Shown here: piece by piece, positions 1 to 10,669 of the stretch | Position numbering within the stretch: the first letter of the stretch is position 1 | Layout: the number at the start of each line of letters is the position of its first letter | NCBI RefSeq assembly: GCF_006345805.1 | Contig: NW_021834089.1 | Location: forward strand, 1-26,843 | Source of the DNA: Octopus sinensis | Taxonomy: Eukaryota | Direction: 5' to 3' | DNA: 26,843 nt | Translations under genes and position numbers: made by a program | Notes under the pieces: generated by a model | Told to the model about the DNA's origin: nothing | The model's input: only the letters and a program-made list of their open reading frames with translations | Database searches by the model: none

Positions 1-638
1 AGTAAAAGAGATATAGATGTAAATATATGAATGTATGTATATATGCGTGTGTGTTTGTGTATGTATGTGTGGGTATGTTCACGATGTGATACCATTTTGC
101 ACCAAAGTCCTTATTTCGTGTGTAATTTTGCAATTTTGCTATATAACCACGCCAATAGATGAGAAATAATTTCCGTATCTTTCTCTGCATTATGAAACCT
201 ATTAATCAAGTACTTCAGTTTCTATAGGCACCTAATGGAAATTATGACCCAATTACACAAGGTATAGAAGCGAATACACTTTGTATTTCATAGGTTTATT
301 ATCTCCGTATATAGTCTACCAAATTTCGAGATTTTTAGAATATAGTTCTATTATGTTGGGCATGATTTTTCTCTCTTTAGAGTATCATTATAACATAATG
401 TTATGGTTAGTACGTATAATGCTGAATTCTGTTCCACCAAATGGGTTGTAGAGAGATGTTGATCTGACGAAGTAGTTTTATTTTCTGTTCTGTGTCGTCG
501 CCTCGGGAAATTAAATGTAGCGGCGTCACTTGTACGAATATCAATTCCTGGGTGCTTTTGGAATTGTAGAGGAGCGTAGATATCACTGTCGAAATTTGAA
601 CCATTTTGGAATAATATATATATATATATATATCTAAT

Positions 639-800
639 GGCGCACGCGTGACTGTGTGGTAAGAAGTTTGCTTTCCGATCAAGTGGTTCCCGGTTCAGTC
701 CCACAGCGTAGCATCTTAGGCATATCTGTTTTGCTACAGCTTTTGATCGATCAAAGACGTGTGAGTGAATATGGCAGATGGAGTCTCAATGAAGCCCTCG
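639..800 (+). mobile_element. SINE family A, diverged 5' half (tRNA-like head plus central domain)
   Basis: ggcgcacgcgtgactgtgtggtaagaag...ggttcagtccc...gaagccc aligns by eye with the reverse complement of the well-preserved copy at 8215-8379; runs into (TA)n. Confidence 0.8.
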
Positions 801-835
801 AGTGTGCACATTTGTGTACATACATACACACGTAC

Positions 836-882
836 ATATGTGTATATACATATATCTATACATATGTATATATACATATATC

Positions 883-933
<51 letters not shown>
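836..933. repeat. (TA)n-rich microsatellite
   Basis: Direct reading. Confidence 0.95.
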
Positions 934-939
<6 letters not shown>

Positions 940-1230
940 GTGTACATTAAAACACATTAAGAGGGCTTCCATCATAGGAATCCATTACGCTAGAAAGAAC
1001 AGTTAAAGACAGGGATAAATTCTCGAAGGGAATGAAAACTAAAAAACATATACTATCTAATTTAATTCCCGGACCATGGTTTCTGACTTATTTTAGTAAA
1101 TAAAAATTATTATTTACCGAGGCGAAGTCTTCATCAACGGGGAGGCCTTAGATTAAATATACATTATACATAATAAATAATATCAGGATAATAAAAATTG
1201 TTGAAATATTTTACTACCAGTGTCCTAGTA

Positions 1231-1528
1231 GTGAAGCGCAATGGCCCAGTGTTTAGGGAAGCGGACTCACGGTTCTAGGATCGGTGTTTCGATTCCCAGA
1301 CCGGGCTTTATGAGTGTTTATTGAACGAAATCACCTAAAGCCCCACGAGGCTCCGACAGGGGGTGATGGCGATCCCTGCTGTACTCTTTCGCCACAACAT
1401 TCTCTCACTCTTTCTTCTGTTGGCCAGCTCGCTTAGCCAGGGGGTGGCGTCATTCGAAGGCTAAAACAATGCGAAGCGCATTGTGACCAGCGATGTGTAG
1501 CAACATCTGATAGCCTGGTCTGTCACGT
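1231..1528 (+). mobile_element. SINE family C, tail type 1
   Basis: A-box-like tggcccagtg and B-box-like gtttcgattccc; the 5' ~190 nt match the reverse complement of 9253-9444; distinct 3' tail ending caacatctgatagcctggtctgtcacg. Confidence 0.85.
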
Positions 1529-1532
1529 TACT

Positions 1533-1537
1533 ATTAT

Positions 1538-1571
<34 letters not shown>

Positions 1572-1585
1572 CATATTATTTATAT

Positions 1586-1620
<35 letters not shown>

Positions 1621-1780
1621 AATAAAGAGGCAGACAGACAGACAAACAGACATATAGACAGACAGGCAGATCGTCACTCAGACGGACAGACAAACCGGTT
1701 GATAGGTTATTAGATGATGATTAGATAGATAAATAGAGACAAAGAGAGAGACAAACAGACAGACAGAGTGAGAGAGTTCC
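1533..1780. repeat. Compound microsatellite (TA)n/(GA)n/(GACA)n
   Basis: Direct reading. Confidence 0.9.
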
Positions 1781-2639
1781 TTAAAAACCGGATGGTCAAA
1801 AATGCATCTCCTTTGGCCATGGGTGATGACACGCGAATAACCTTGGGGGAAATAACAAAAACAAACAACTACGAAAACCCGATTTTTTGCATGTTTATTT
1901 TATTATATTTTCATTTATGATATTTTTTACATCTTTATTTTTATCACAGCAATATCTGATACGCCATTATAATTAACAATATTTAAAAGATATAGCCACG
2001 AGTCCATTATGATAATAGCTATTTAGAAGAATCTCTGTAATTCTATACATTTTTTTCCAGCATTTGTTGCTATGTCGAATGTCTTATGCCTTCACACAGC
2101 GCAGTAATTTTTTTGTTATTAGTTTTTTTAAATTACATTCAAAATAATTTTTTTTCCGTCAGTACACTGTAAGAGCATCTCGCCAAAAGAAAAAATACAA
2201 CAAAAGCAAGAACAACAAAAAATAAACGATAAGAAAACCACACAAAACAAAAACAAATGTTGATTAGATGACAACCAATTGATCATTAAAGATAATTACT
2301 TAGAAGTTATTAAGAAAAACATTTTTATTTTCGTTCTTTTAATGGTTGTATTTGAATATTGATTCAAATAATTGTCACATTATTTTCGCCAGAGGCTATT
2401 ATTATGTACCAAGAAAAGTTTCCAGCAGACAATAAACATGTTTACTAATATTTTTAGAGGAGTCGGGGAAATTGGTAGGGACCAGAGTTGGGTCAGTGTT
2501 ACAACGCAATTCCTTTGTCAGAATATCCTTAATTGGTGGTACAAGTATGTATACATGTGTATATGCATGTGTGTGTGCGTATACAGTATTTGTAGCAACA
2601 ATTAAGGTTATTTTGACAAGAATTATGTAATAACACATA

Positions 2640-2830
2640 TAAAATACATATATTCATAAAAGTATATACTGTACATACATATATACATACATACATATAC
2701 GTATATATAATATATATATATAATATATATATTATTATACATATATATATATATATATTACATATATATATATGTATATATATATATGTATATATATATG
2801 TGTGTATGTATGTATGTATTATATATATAT
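2640..2830. repeat. (TA)n/(TACA)n microsatellite
   Basis: Direct reading. Confidence 0.9.
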
Positions 2831-2995
2831 AGGCTCAGTGTGGATGTGTAGTAAGAAGATCGCATCCCAGACACATCGTACTAGGTTCAGTCCCAATGTG
2901 TGGCACCTTGGGCAAGTGTCTTTCTAATATTGCCTTGAGTCCGACTAAAGTCTTTTGAGTGGATGCGGTAGACGGAAACTGAAACAAACCGCCGT
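2831..2995 (+). mobile_element. SINE family A, 5' half
   Basis: aggctcagtgtggatgtgtagtaagaag...ggttcagtccc...gtggcaccttgggcaagtgtc...ggtagacggaaactgaaa; followed by (TA)n to about 3095. Confidence 0.85.
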
Positions 2996-3045
2996 ATATT
3001 ATATGTATATATATATATATATATTATATATATTATATATTATAT

Positions 3046-3093
<48 letters not shown>

Positions 3094-3098
<5 letters not shown>

Positions 3099-3369
3099 GG
3101 AGTTTACGTAGGTGTTATTTAAATTCTTCTGATTCCGACACATGTTTCGAAGATATCACTGGTATTATTCGAAAGGAATAAAATGGTTTAAAACTATGTA
3201 ATCTTCTCTTCATGAAAATGAAGAAACGAAACTTGTCAATAATACATTTTAATAGAATATAATGGATATGTATAGTGATTAACTGAACGCTATTAAATTT
3301 GTTTTATATCCTCTAACGTTATTTTTTAAAACAAACTTAATAGCGTTCAGTTAATCACTATACATATCC
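3094..3369 (-). mobile_element. Penelope-like repeat remnant, copy 1, with degenerate hammerhead motif and a terminal 43-bp inverted repeat
   Basis: Its reverse complement is homologous to 5066-5290. Minus strand reads ttcATGAAGA gaagat...atcttc GAAAcatgt. Inverted repeat arms are 3264-3306 and 3327-3369. Confidence 0.55.
3264..3369. repeat. Inverted repeat: 43-bp arms, 1 mismatch, 20-nt spacer
   Basis: ggatatgtatagtgattaactgaacgctattaaatttgtttta versus taaaacaaacttaatagcgttcagttaatcactatacatatcc. Confidence 0.95.
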
Positions 3370-3708
3370 TCATAATGAGTATATATATATAAACACATGT
3401 ATATTATTTACTAGACACAATGCGTGCTTTAATGTACTACTAAGAGTTTCATGCGTAGAGAAACTCTTGACATAATCCTCAGGCACAAACCACACATCCT
3501 AATAAACTAAAAATTCAATGAGAGAAGAAACACAAAAAGTTGAAAAGGAAGCGTAGAGAAAATGTTGAAGATTAAGAAATACAGAAAACGAATATATTTG
3601 AGATATTTGTCAACATATAAAACTATTAGTAGCACATAAAAATATGTATCGTGTCTATTAAATAATATTTATCCCTCACCAGATGGAGTACTGTATAGTA
3701 TGTATATA

Positions 3709-3943
3709 CTCTTTTTTACTCTTCTACTTGTTTCAGTCATTTGACTGTGGCCATGCTGGAGCACCGCCTTTGTAGTCGAGAAAATCGACCCCAGGACTTC
3801 TTCTCTGTAAGCCTAGTACTTATTCTATCGGTCACTTTTGCCGAACTGCTAAGTTACGGGGACGTAAAAGCACCAGCATCGGTTGTCAAACGATGCTGGG
3901 GGGACAAGCAGACACACGAACATGTACACACATATATATACAT

Positions 3944-3994
<51 letters not shown>

Positions 3995-4164
3995 TACATA
4001 TACGACGGGCTTCTTCCAGTTTCCGTCTACCAAATCCACTCACAAGGCTTTAGTCGGCCGAGGTTATAGTAGATGACACTTGACAAAGGTGCCACACAGT
4101 GGGACTGAACCCAGGACCATCTGGATGTTAAGCTAGCTACTTACCAAGCACCAACTCCTGAGCT
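3709..4164 (-). mobile_element. SINE family A, near full length, with internal (TA)n
   Basis: Collinear with 7919-8379. Head at the high-coordinate end; 3' stem-loop cagtc-aaat-gactg and A-rich tail at the low end. Confidence 0.92.
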
Positions 4165-4770
4165 TACATACATACATACATACATACATACTTATATACA
4201 TACGTATATATGTATGTATGTATCTATCTGCCTGTCTGTCTATTTATATATCTATCTATTTTTATTTTTATATTTCGTTAAGAACGTAGTAGAGTAAAGT
4301 ATGAAGCTCGGCCACCTTTAGATTTCATCCTGTGCTAACCAGTCGTAGTATTATACAGATTTCCATATTTGCGTTGGAGTTTCTGTAGTGTATGAATAAA
4401 TAATGGGAAAAAGTTGGAGACAAGTAGGAGTATGGTTGGACATTTATTTGCAGTCACTACAACGTCGTTATGCAAGCTTGCAAGTATTTGATTATGCAAC
4501 CGTTTCCCCACATTATAAGATCTGGTTGTGTTTCCTCAGGCGATATATATAAATATTGTCTTCGTAAATTCAGATTTTCGGTTTCAAGAGCATCCTATCT
4601 GTCAGTCTTGGCCTGAAGTTAGTAGTAACCACTGAGAGTATCAAAAGATGTGTTGTGGCTCAAGATTTGTTGGCAAACGGTTTCATAATGAAGTTCCTAC
4701 ATTGCGTAGAAGCAATTGTAGTGGTTACAAGTAAACGTCTAACCGTACTTCTTGCTGACTGCAACTTTTC

Positions 4771-4774
<4 letters not shown>

Positions 4775-4849
<75 letters not shown>
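4775..4849. repeat. (TA)n microsatellite
   Basis: Direct reading. Confidence 0.95.
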
Positions 4850-5065
4850 TGCAATTCTGAGCTATTTTTCATTATTTTTTCTAAAAATACTCTAGTAAAC
4901 ACGGTTATAGAGCGAGCATACAGATTAAGCATTGGCAGAAACATAGATTTAGTGCATATAAGTAGTCTCTATCATTATATATAAGTTAAACTTTAATTTC
5001 CTTTATATTAACATTCACTATTAATATCCTTACTCTTTCTGTTAGCTACTTATGACGTTATATCA

Positions 5066-5286
5066 TATACGTTTTTTTAAACATATTAATAGCGTTCTGT
5101 CAATCGCTATACAAATCCATCATTTTTTGCTAAAATGTCTTATTGACAAGTTTCGTTTTTTTCACTTTCCTGAGGAGAAGATTGCATTGTTTATATCATT
5201 TATTCTTTTGAATAGTATCAGTGGAATTTCGAAACATTGTCGAAGTAAAAATATTTGATTACCCTGCGTTAAACTCCATTTATTTA

Positions 5287-5290
<4 letters not shown>
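5066..5290 (+). mobile_element. Penelope-like repeat remnant, copy 2
   Basis: Homologous to the reverse complement of 3094-3306 (shared taatagcgttc, tattgacaagtttcg, aaactccatttat); contains a hammerhead core. Confidence 0.55.
5166..5245 (+). ncRNA. Type I hammerhead ribozyme-like motif with extended stem II
   Basis: tttc CTGAGGA (5170-5176) gaag...tttc GAAA (5231-5234) cattGTC (C17 = 5241) gaag; stem I UUUC/GAAG. Confidence 0.5.
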
Positions 5291-5340
<50 letters not shown>

Positions 5341-5348
5341 CGATCGCT

Positions 5349-5505
5349 TTTTACGTTCTGAGTTCAAATTACGCCAAGTTCGGCTTTGCCTGTCATGTTT
5401 TGAGTGTTGAGAAAATAATTTACAGTTGAGCACCTGGGTCGATGTAACCGACTCAGACCCCTAGCCAGAAAGTAAGTGTTAGCCTTGTATCAAAATTTGA
5501 AACCC
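5349..5505 (+). mobile_element. SINE family B, diverged, 5'-truncated
   Basis: tttacgttctgagttcaaatt (B box)...gggtcgatgtaaccgact...ccttgtatcaaaatttgaaacc matches 6866-7268. Confidence 0.8.
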
Positions 5506-6151
5506 TTATCATTATAACTCATGAAGCCAGATATTTTTTTTTTGTTCTGTTTACCAATTCTGACTCAGCATACGTTTTGAAAAATATCAAATTGATGAGA
5601 TTTCAAAACACGAAACTAAATAAACAAAAGGCAGATTGAATACCGAAATAATGAATCCATATGTTTGTTCAGAGTGAAGCAAGCTTAAGAACATATTTTG
5701 ATAACAAATGGTTTATTTGTTTGTGTTCAGAATCTTAGTGTTTGTGTGAGTTTCCTATGAATAATATTTTAAACGCAAATAATGTGAGATTACATTTAAT
5801 TCGGTTGATTGAAAAGAATTCTATAATAAATGCGAATATCATTAGCTTTTTCAGTGTAAGGTTTAGCGCTTAAGATAATATTAGTAAACCTGTCTCTCCA
5901 AACGGAATTCCAGAATCAGGCATTCAGCTGTTGGTTATTCGAATTCATAAATCAATTTATAGTTTACTCAATAACTACTATATTTTATTATTCCAATAAG
6001 GATTGCTTTTACAGAGTTACAAGATGCCGTTTTACAATTCATGCTGAAGAAATCATGGTAGACGCGAACAATAGTTTCCGGTATGGGAAGAAGGCCAACT
6101 AATTCAAGGAAGAGAGCAGTCGATGCCATCGACACCAGGACTCGATAGGTC

Positions 6152-6390
6152 GAGGTGCGTTGCATAGTGGCTTAGGTGTTGGAACCTTGATCGCAAGATT
6201 GTGGTTTCAAATTCCTGGACTGGGCGATGAGTTCTGTTCTTGAGCAAAAGTTTCTATGTGGCGTTTCTAAAGGCCACTCAACTGTCAAAATGAGTAATCC
6301 TACTAGAGACCACCGTTCCGTGCAGAGGAAGTGTATATCCGCCACAGAAACTGGGAAACCAATCCTATGACCTATAGCACTCGGGAAGAA
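6152..6390 (+). mobile_element. Old tRNA-derived SINE with a tail resembling that of 9131-9444
   Basis: A-box-like tgcatagtgg, B-box-like ggtttcaaattcc, 3' gccacagaaactgggaaacc..ctatga. Confidence 0.6.
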
Positions 6391-6514
6391 TATTTATCCG
6401 TACTTTACACGTACTAACTGACCATGAAAGGACCGTGAAAGGATCGTGAAAGGTTGAAAAGCAGCGTTACCTGACGCAAGTTGAATTTAGAACGCAAAGA
6501 TCCTAAACAAATAT

Positions 6515-6668
6515 CAATAAGTACATTATTTACATTATTTACATTCGACGGATATTTGTCCTCATCTTGTTTGTTGTTAACACAACGTTTCGGCTGGTAT
6601 TCCCTCCAGCCTTCTTCAGGTGTCTTGGGAAAATTTCGAACCTGGGTTCTCATTCTCATTTTTTTATG

Positions 6669-6670
<2 letters not shown>
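6515..6670 (-). mobile_element. Penelope-like terminal-repeat remnant
   Basis: Carries the CTGAAGA...GAAACGT minimal hammerhead typical of PLE pseudo-LTRs; abuts (ATT)n(GTT)n. Confidence 0.6.
6579..6624 (-). ncRNA. Minimal type I hammerhead ribozyme motif
   Basis: Minus strand gacac-CTGAAGA-a-ggctgg[agggaata]ccagcc-GAAA-cgt-t-gtgtt: 6-bp perfect stem II, 5-bp stem I (GACAC/GUGUU), palindromic ACGU stem III. Confidence 0.7.

Positions 6671-6735
<65 letters not shown>
6671..6735. repeat. (ATT)n then (GTT)n microsatellite
   Basis: Direct reading. Confidence 0.95.
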
Positions 6736-6789
6736 AAGATTAAATGATAACCCGCGATAAGTGAACCGCGATATGGTGAGTGATTATTT

Positions 6790-7268
6790 TAATCGACTTA
6801 ACCTTTTCCCCAAAATTACTGTCTTTGTACCAAAATTTAAAACCAGTATTGAATGCTTCAAAGATAGCAAGCTGGCAGAACAGTTAGCATTTTGTCCGTC
6901 TTTACGTTCTGAGTTCAAATTCCGCCGAGGTCGATTTTGCCTTTCATCCATTCGGAGTCGATAAACTAAGTACTCGTTGAGCAGCGGGGTCGATGTAATC
7001 GACTTAAACCCACCCTCAAAATTGCTGGCCTTGTACCAGCATTTAATTCATGAAATGTAACTTGCTGGCAGAATGGTTAGCACGCCGGCAAAATACCCCA
7101 ACGTCATTTTGCCCGCCTTTACGTTCTGAGTTCAAATTCCGCACAGGTCGACTTCACCTTTCATCCGTTTGGGGCTGATAAAATAATTACCAGTTGGACA
7201 ATGGGGCCGATGTAAACGACTAACCTCCTCCCCCGAAATTTCTGGCCTTGTGCCAAAATTTGAAACCA
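6790..7268 (+). mobile_element. Cluster of SINE family B: tail fragment 6790-6845, copy 6866-7045, copy 7064-7268
   Basis: A box gctggcagaa, B box gagttcaaattcc, central gaggtcgactttgcctttcatcc..gtcgataaa..agtacc module (resembles the Meta-SINE domain from memory), tail ggccttgtgccaaaatttgaaacc. Confidence 0.88.
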
Positions 7269-7283
7269 ACATTGTATTCTTCG

Positions 7284-7375
7284 ATTCTTTTGTTCTTTCA
7301 ATTGTTTCAGTCATTTGACTGCGGCCATGCTAGAGCACTGCTTTCTGTCGGACGAATTGACCCAAGGGCTTATTC
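7284..7375 (-). mobile_element. SINE family A, 3' terminal fragment
   Basis: ttgtttcagtcatttgactgcggccatgctagagcac matches 3728-3770. Confidence 0.85.
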
Positions 7376-7918
7376 AAATCCACCCTCAACATTTGGATCC
7401 AGTGTTTAATGCGTTAAGATAGTTTAGCTTTCTTAAGGTAGAACATATGAGATAGACTTGTACCTCTTCATCATTTACAAAATCCGTAATTTGTATCCTG
7501 TCACTCTCTGTCCAGTATATAACTCGCTAAATGTTTTGCGACTTCCTTGGCTAGAGCAATAAGATGCAATTGTGCCAACAATCGTAGGAAGCGCTATGAT
7601 TAATGGTTATTTCATTCACTTGTAATGTGGAGCCAAACTGTTACAACGGAAAAATAATGAATTCCTCACGAACCACTTCTAGTAAATATTTCCCAATATA
7701 TAAACTACAAAGATATATTTCAACAGCCCGTGTTTGAAGAGATCTGAGTTAAGCGGCAATACATGATACATGATATACATGATATAAACCAAACCAAAGT
7801 AACATACTAAACACTCGAAGGTACGTGTTGACACACGAAAGCAGTTATGTACTGCCTGCCTGTCTGTCTGTCTGTCTGTCCATCTGTCTACACACACATA
7901 CACGCGCGCACACATACG

Positions 7919-8139
7919 ATTTGACTGCGGCCATGCTGGAGCACCGCCTTTAGTCGAAGAAATCGACCCAGGACTTATTCTCTGTAAGCCTAGTACTTAT
8001 TCTATCGGTCTTTTTTGCCGAACCGCTAGGTTACGGGGACGTAAACACACCAGCATCGGTTGTGAAGCGATGTTGGGGGACAAACACAGACACACAAACA
8101 TAAACACCACATACATACATATATATATATATATATCAT

Positions 8140-8199
<60 letters not shown>

Positions 8200-8379
8200 T
8201 ATATATACATATTTACGACGGGCTTCTTTCAGTTTCCGTCTACCAAATCCACTCACAAGGCATTGGTCGGCCTGAGGCTATAGTAGAAGACACTTGCCCA
8301 AGGTGCCACGCAGTGGGACTGAACCCCGAACCATGTGGTTGGTAAGCAAGCTACTTACCACACAGCCACTCCTGCGCCT
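7919..8379 (-). mobile_element. SINE family A, best-preserved copy
   Basis: Minus-strand head aggcgcaggagtggctgtgtgg (A box) and gggttcagtccc (B box); internal (TA)n; the 3'-most nucleotides are missing. Confidence 0.93.
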
Positions 8380-8870
8380 ATAACAATCCTTGAATGAAAA
8401 GCAACAAATTCAAACACTGCAACACATTGTTGGAACAGAATATCACATAACTGATATATATTATGATAAACCTCTGTACTTCAATGATTTTTCTCCAAAG
8501 CTCTTTGATAAAACTACCCCTCCAGTCATTACAATGTATTGGTTTGTATCGCTATCTACATTACGAGGGCTTCCATGTTCTTTGACAAAATCTCATCGGA
8601 TCTGATATTGCCGTAAGAATCTTTTTCTCTCTCGTTTGTTTTCCATTTTGCTTCAGTCTTATGATTCCGTCATTTCAAAGACACATGAAACAATTACTTT
8701 CGACACAAAATTGAAAAGCTATTGAGGGCTTTTCTTTCACTATAACCCCTCAGGGCCCACATTTTTTCCGCAGCTCACCATCTGCATCACATTCTACACT
8801 CAGTCTACAAAGGCTATATTAGTAAGTGTTCATACTTAGGAATTTTCTGTCAAATCATTTCATGAATTCT

Positions 8871-9013
8871 TTTATACTTTTATTCTGTTACTTGTTTCGG
8901 TCATTTGACTGCTGCCATGTTGGAGCACCGTTTTAAAGGGTTTTAGTCGAAGAAATCAACATCAGGACTTCTTCTTTGTAAGCCTAGTACTTATTCTATC
9001 GGTCACTTTTGTC
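8871..9013 (-). mobile_element. SINE family A, 3' fragment
   Basis: cttgtttcggtcatttgactgctgccatgttggagcaccg...gtaagcctagtacttattctatcggtc. Confidence 0.85.
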
Positions 9014-9042
9014 GTGCATCAGAGAACACGTTCAGCGTTATT

Positions 9043-9540
9043 TCTTTACGTTCTGGGATCGACTTTGCTTTTTATCCTCTCTGAGTCAATAACATAAACT
9101 ATCAGTTGAGCTCTGTGGTCGATGAAATATCTCTTCTCTTCTGTTCCTTCTCGAGCCACGCCTGGCTCATTAAGGCCGGTTTCCCGGTTTCCTTGGCGTA
9201 TAGGTTCCCCACCTGGACGGTACGTCGGTCCGTCGCAGGTGAGCAGTAAAGTGCAGGAGGAAAGAGTGAGAGAAAGTTGCGGCGAAAGAGTCAGCAGAAT
9301 TTCACCATTAACTTCTGCCGGAGCCACATGGAGCTTAAGTGTTTCACTCATAAACACACACACACATCGCCCGGTCTGAAATTCGAACCCGTGATCCCTC
9401 GATCGCGAGTCCGCTGCTCTAACCACTAGGCCATGTGCCTCCACCGATGAAATATAGTACCAGTCAAATACTTAGGTTGATGCAAGCGACTTGCTCACTC
9501 GCTTTAAAATTGCTGGTCTTCAGCCAAAATTCGAGAGAAT
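9043..9540 (+). mobile_element. Diverged SINE family B interrupted by a family C insertion
   Basis: tttacgttctg..atcgactttgctttt..tcc on the left; agtaccagtc...aaaattgctggtcttcagccaaaattcg on the right. Confidence 0.65.
9131..9444 (-). mobile_element. SINE family C, tail type 2, full length, with 11-bp TSD
   Basis: A box tggcctagtgg, B box ggttcgaatttc, (GAAGA)-like 3' tail; CGATGAAATAT duplicated at 9120-9130 and 9445-9455. Confidence 0.92.
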
Positions 9541-10194
9541 TATTTCGACAACTCTTAGTTTTAAATGGAGTGTACGAATGCAAAATTTAAGAGATACGTA
9601 ATTTATAAAACCATAAATATTTAATATCAGAAAAAAAAGATCACACGAAACTCATGCTTATAAATTAATTAATGTTTCGCAACAAATTCTTTAACTATTA
9701 AATTTACTGTAATATGTTGAAACTGTCTTAATATTGGCGACACGAACATATTGTAAGGAAACGTGTTAATTAATTACATAAGTTAATTAATAAGGTAAGT
9801 AAATGAGAAAATGATATACACGGAACTTTCTAGAGTTAATGAAAACTAGAAAATTATGATATATTTGCACTCTGTAGACACTGAATAAAACTAGCGATCA
9901 TTCTGTATTCTGTTCATCAAAATTGCAATGATTAGCCACAAAGGAGAAACGTCTACAGTTTCTGTTTAGAGAAATTTGAAAACTTTTTGGCTTTTTAGAA
10001 GGGTGTCTTTAATTGCGTAGCAATGGAGTGAAGGTTCAATACTAAGACAACGTAAAATACACACGAAAATGAACGTTTATAATATGGTGTTATATATTCA
10101 TGCTTACATACGTATAGACAGTGATAGACACAGAGAGGGAGAGATACATTTATAGCTACAAACGCATATTCAAATATATATGTATATATATTAT

Positions 10195-10310
10195 ATGTAG
10201 AAAAATACAAACTGGGACAAGAACGTAACACATTTAGAAGACGATACAAAAAACACGGACAGGACATTCGAAGCCTTCAATCTTCAGTCAAGAACCGGAT
10301 CATCCTCGCT
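10195..10310 (-). mobile_element. Interspersed repeat fragment, possibly Penelope-related
   Basis: Its reverse complement resembles 15478-15565 (gactga..., tttttgtatcgt..., gttacgttctt.tcc). Confidence 0.4.
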
Positions 10311-10379
10311 CGTGGGCATATGGCGTAGTAGTTATATAAGCTTTAAGCTTATATAAAAATATCATATATATATATATAT

Positions 10380-10544
10380 ACGACGGGCTTCTTTCAGTTT
10401 CCGTCTACCAAATCCACTCACAAGGCTTTGGTCGGCCCGTGGCTTTAGTAAAAGACACTTGCCCAAGGTGCCTCGCAGTGGAACTGAACCCGGAACCATG
10501 TGGTTGGTAAGCAAGTTTTTTACCACACAGCCAAGCCTGCGCCT
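10380..10544 (-). mobile_element. SINE family A, 5' half
   Basis: Near-identical to 8215-8379. Confidence 0.92.
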
Positions 10545-10622
10545 ATATGTGTATGTGGGCGGTTAAATTCTTATTTTGTAATTGAAAGATCGAGTCTGCG
10601 TGTATGTGTGTGTGCGTGTGTT

Positions 10623-10669
<47 letters not shown>

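Noticed and set aside
351-704. Two overlapping minus-strand ORFs with about 70-85 non-repetitive codons
   Set aside because: No recognisable protein or convincing splice sites; starts lie across (TA)n in a SINE head.
4571-4775. About 68-codon stop-free + frame (IFGFKSIL...)
   Set aside because: No homology recognised, weak splice signals, runs into (TA)n.
6463-6520. Minus-strand 32-nt microexon candidate (GSLRSKFNLRQ)
   Set aside because: Acceptor lies at the edge of a repeat; peptide not recognised; opposite strand to the other candidates.
6748-6788. aaccgcgata repeated, resembling a pogo/Tigger MITE end
   Set aside because: Too short, with no partner terminal inverted repeat or TA TSD.
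9046-9444. 132-aa minus-strand ORF
   Set aside because: Coincides with a SINE bounded by TSDs; GTG start at the element's first base.
10268-10300. Hammerhead-like CTGAAGA..GAAT here, and CTGATGA/CTGAAG motifs near 15435-15510 and 15655-15680
   Set aside because: GAAA, stem or cleavage triplet missing; at most decayed remnants.
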